Below, piece by piece: positions 62,930-64,000 of a stretch of DNA of 64,000 nucleotides. How positions within the stretch are numbered: position 1 is the first letter of the stretch; the number at the start of each line of letters is the position of its first letter. Under the pieces are notes generated by a model. It was not told the origin of the DNA, made no database searches, and was given only the letters and a program-made list of their open reading frames with translations. Made by a program: the position numbers and the translations under genes. The stretch is from a virus (lineage: Duplodnaviria; Caudoviricetes): positions 1-64,000 of the IMG/VR virus record IMGVR_UViG_2687453531_000003; one strand, written 5' to 3'.

Positions 62930-64000
62930 CTACCACTGCATTTGGCTTACCGGATGGACGTGCGCCTGTAGTCGTCCCCATTCTCGATCAATAGCCCGCT
63001 TCGCGCTGGCCTTGGTGCTGTACAGGTAGTGCAGGCGGCGCGGCTTGCTCTGGTCCCCCGCGGTGATGGTCTTCTCCGTCCCGCTCTTCTCGTCACGGTA
63101 GTAGGCGATGATGCCGGTGTAGTCGCCGCCGGTGTCGTCGGCCAGGTCGCTGACCAGGTCCTCGGGCAGCTTGCTTTCCAGCTCCAGGCTGGTGATGTAG
63201 CCGCCGTCGGCGCTGAGGCTGTGCTGCACATTGCCGCCGTACCAGATGATCGCGTCTATCTCCGTCTTCACGCCCTGCAGGGTGTAGGTCAGCTCCGGGA
63301 TCAGGTCCGCCCGGCCTCTGGCGAGCACGTAGCTGAGCGTGGCGCTGCCACGCTGCAGGCGGTTCCACTCGGCGCGGGCAGCGCGCAGGGCGCTCTGGCG
63401 GTCGCTGTAGGTGTGGCGCAGGTCCTTCAGGTTGTCGCCCTTGGCACCGGCGATGGCCTCTTGCTTCTTCGCGCTGTTCACGTCGTAGAAGTACGCGCGC
63501 ACGCCGTCGTAGCTGTCGCGGTCGGCCTGCAGGTAGCGGTGCTGGTCGCCATCCTGGCGGGTGAGGATGATGTGCGGCAGCGCCAGGCCGCTGGCAGTCT
63601 TGCCGCCGCCGGCCGGCAGGCAGAGCAGGCAGCCGGCTTTCACGGTGGCCACCGCATCGAAGTCCTCGCCCAGGCGGGTCAGCAGGTTGGCGTCTGACTC
63701 GTTGGCCTGGTCCAGTTGCAGGATCGGCAGGCCCGCCAGCGCCGGCGCGAGCACCGGCTTCAGGTTGTTGCCGAGGGCAATGTCGGTGAGCACGTCGCCC
63801 AACGTCTTCGGGCTGCTCCAGCTGCGCTCGCGCTTGACCTTCAGTCCCTTGCGCAGGTCTGCCGAGCGGGCGCGGATGCTGAGCACGTCCGGCGCGCCGC
63901 TGTGCTCGGTTTCGTCGACGGTGTAGGTGCCCTTGTCGACCAGTCCGCTGTCACTCCAGCCCAGCCAGAGGTGCAGCACGGCGCCGCGCGGGGGGATCGC
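62930..64000 (-). CDS. P2 gpD-like late control/baseplate hub protein (5' end outside window)
   Basis: LGW...LVDKG.YTVDE.EHSGAPD, QANESD.NLLTRL. Confidence 0.9.
   Translation of the reverse strand, partial: AIPPRGAVLHLWLGWSDSGLVDKGTYTVDETEHSGAPDVLSIRARSADLRKGLKVKRERSWSSPKTLGDVLTDIALGNNLKPVLAPALAGLPILQLDQANESDANLLTRLGEDFDAVATVKAGCLLCLPAGGGKTASGLALPHIILTRQDGDQHRYLQADRDSYDGVRAYFYDVNSAKKQEAIAGAKGDNLKDLRHTYSDRQSALRAARAEWNRLQRGSATLSYVLARGRADLIPELTYTLQGVKTEIDAIIWYGGNVQHSLSADGGYITSLELESKLPEDLVSDLADDTGGDYTGIIAYYRDEKSGTEKTITAGDQSKPRRLHYLYSTKASAKRAIDREWGRLQAHVHPVSQMQW

Larger units (their letters stand above)
49388..64000. mobile_element. P2/phiCTX-like prophage 2 (partial; continues beyond window)
   Basis: int, primase-helicase, ogr, repressor switch, gpD. 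Confidence 0.92.

Overview
This window is Pseudomonas aeruginosa-type, high-GC DNA holding two prophages in tandem at a tRNA-Ser attachment site. Prophage 1 (1-~49445) is an apparently complete lambdoid siphovirus. It runs from integrase/xis through early-left recombination and methylase genes, the cI/cro switch, replication, a Q-like gene, hicAB, holins, terminase, head and tail genes, tailspike, wzy, GH19 endolysin/spanins and SRAP. It ends in a 58-bp copy of the 3' half of tRNA-Ser(UGA). Prophage 2 (~49388 to beyond the window end) is a phiCTX/P2-like myovirus. It has an integrase, a DndC-like PAPS-reductase gene, a primase-helicase, ogr and a repressor switch. These are followed by a low-GC GHKL-ATPase restriction endonuclease/Vsr/C5-methylase cassette and then the late gene D. 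The most notable points are: (1) a portal protein fused to a 2H-phosphoesterase domain of the Acb1 (anti-CBASS) type; (2) a CsrA/RsmA homologue fused to a domain that also occurs as the adjacent stand-alone gene, followed by several large structured RNA elements; (3) three copies of a CGGCAA-loop hairpin plus identical RBS that punctuate the prophage 2 early operon like cassettes; (4) an LPS-centred cargo set of L-type pyocin, tailspike, Wzy polymerase and an unannotated 30-aa Iap-like peptide; (5) a HicB with an extra C-terminal domain. All family assignments come from motif recognition by eye; no database searches were run.
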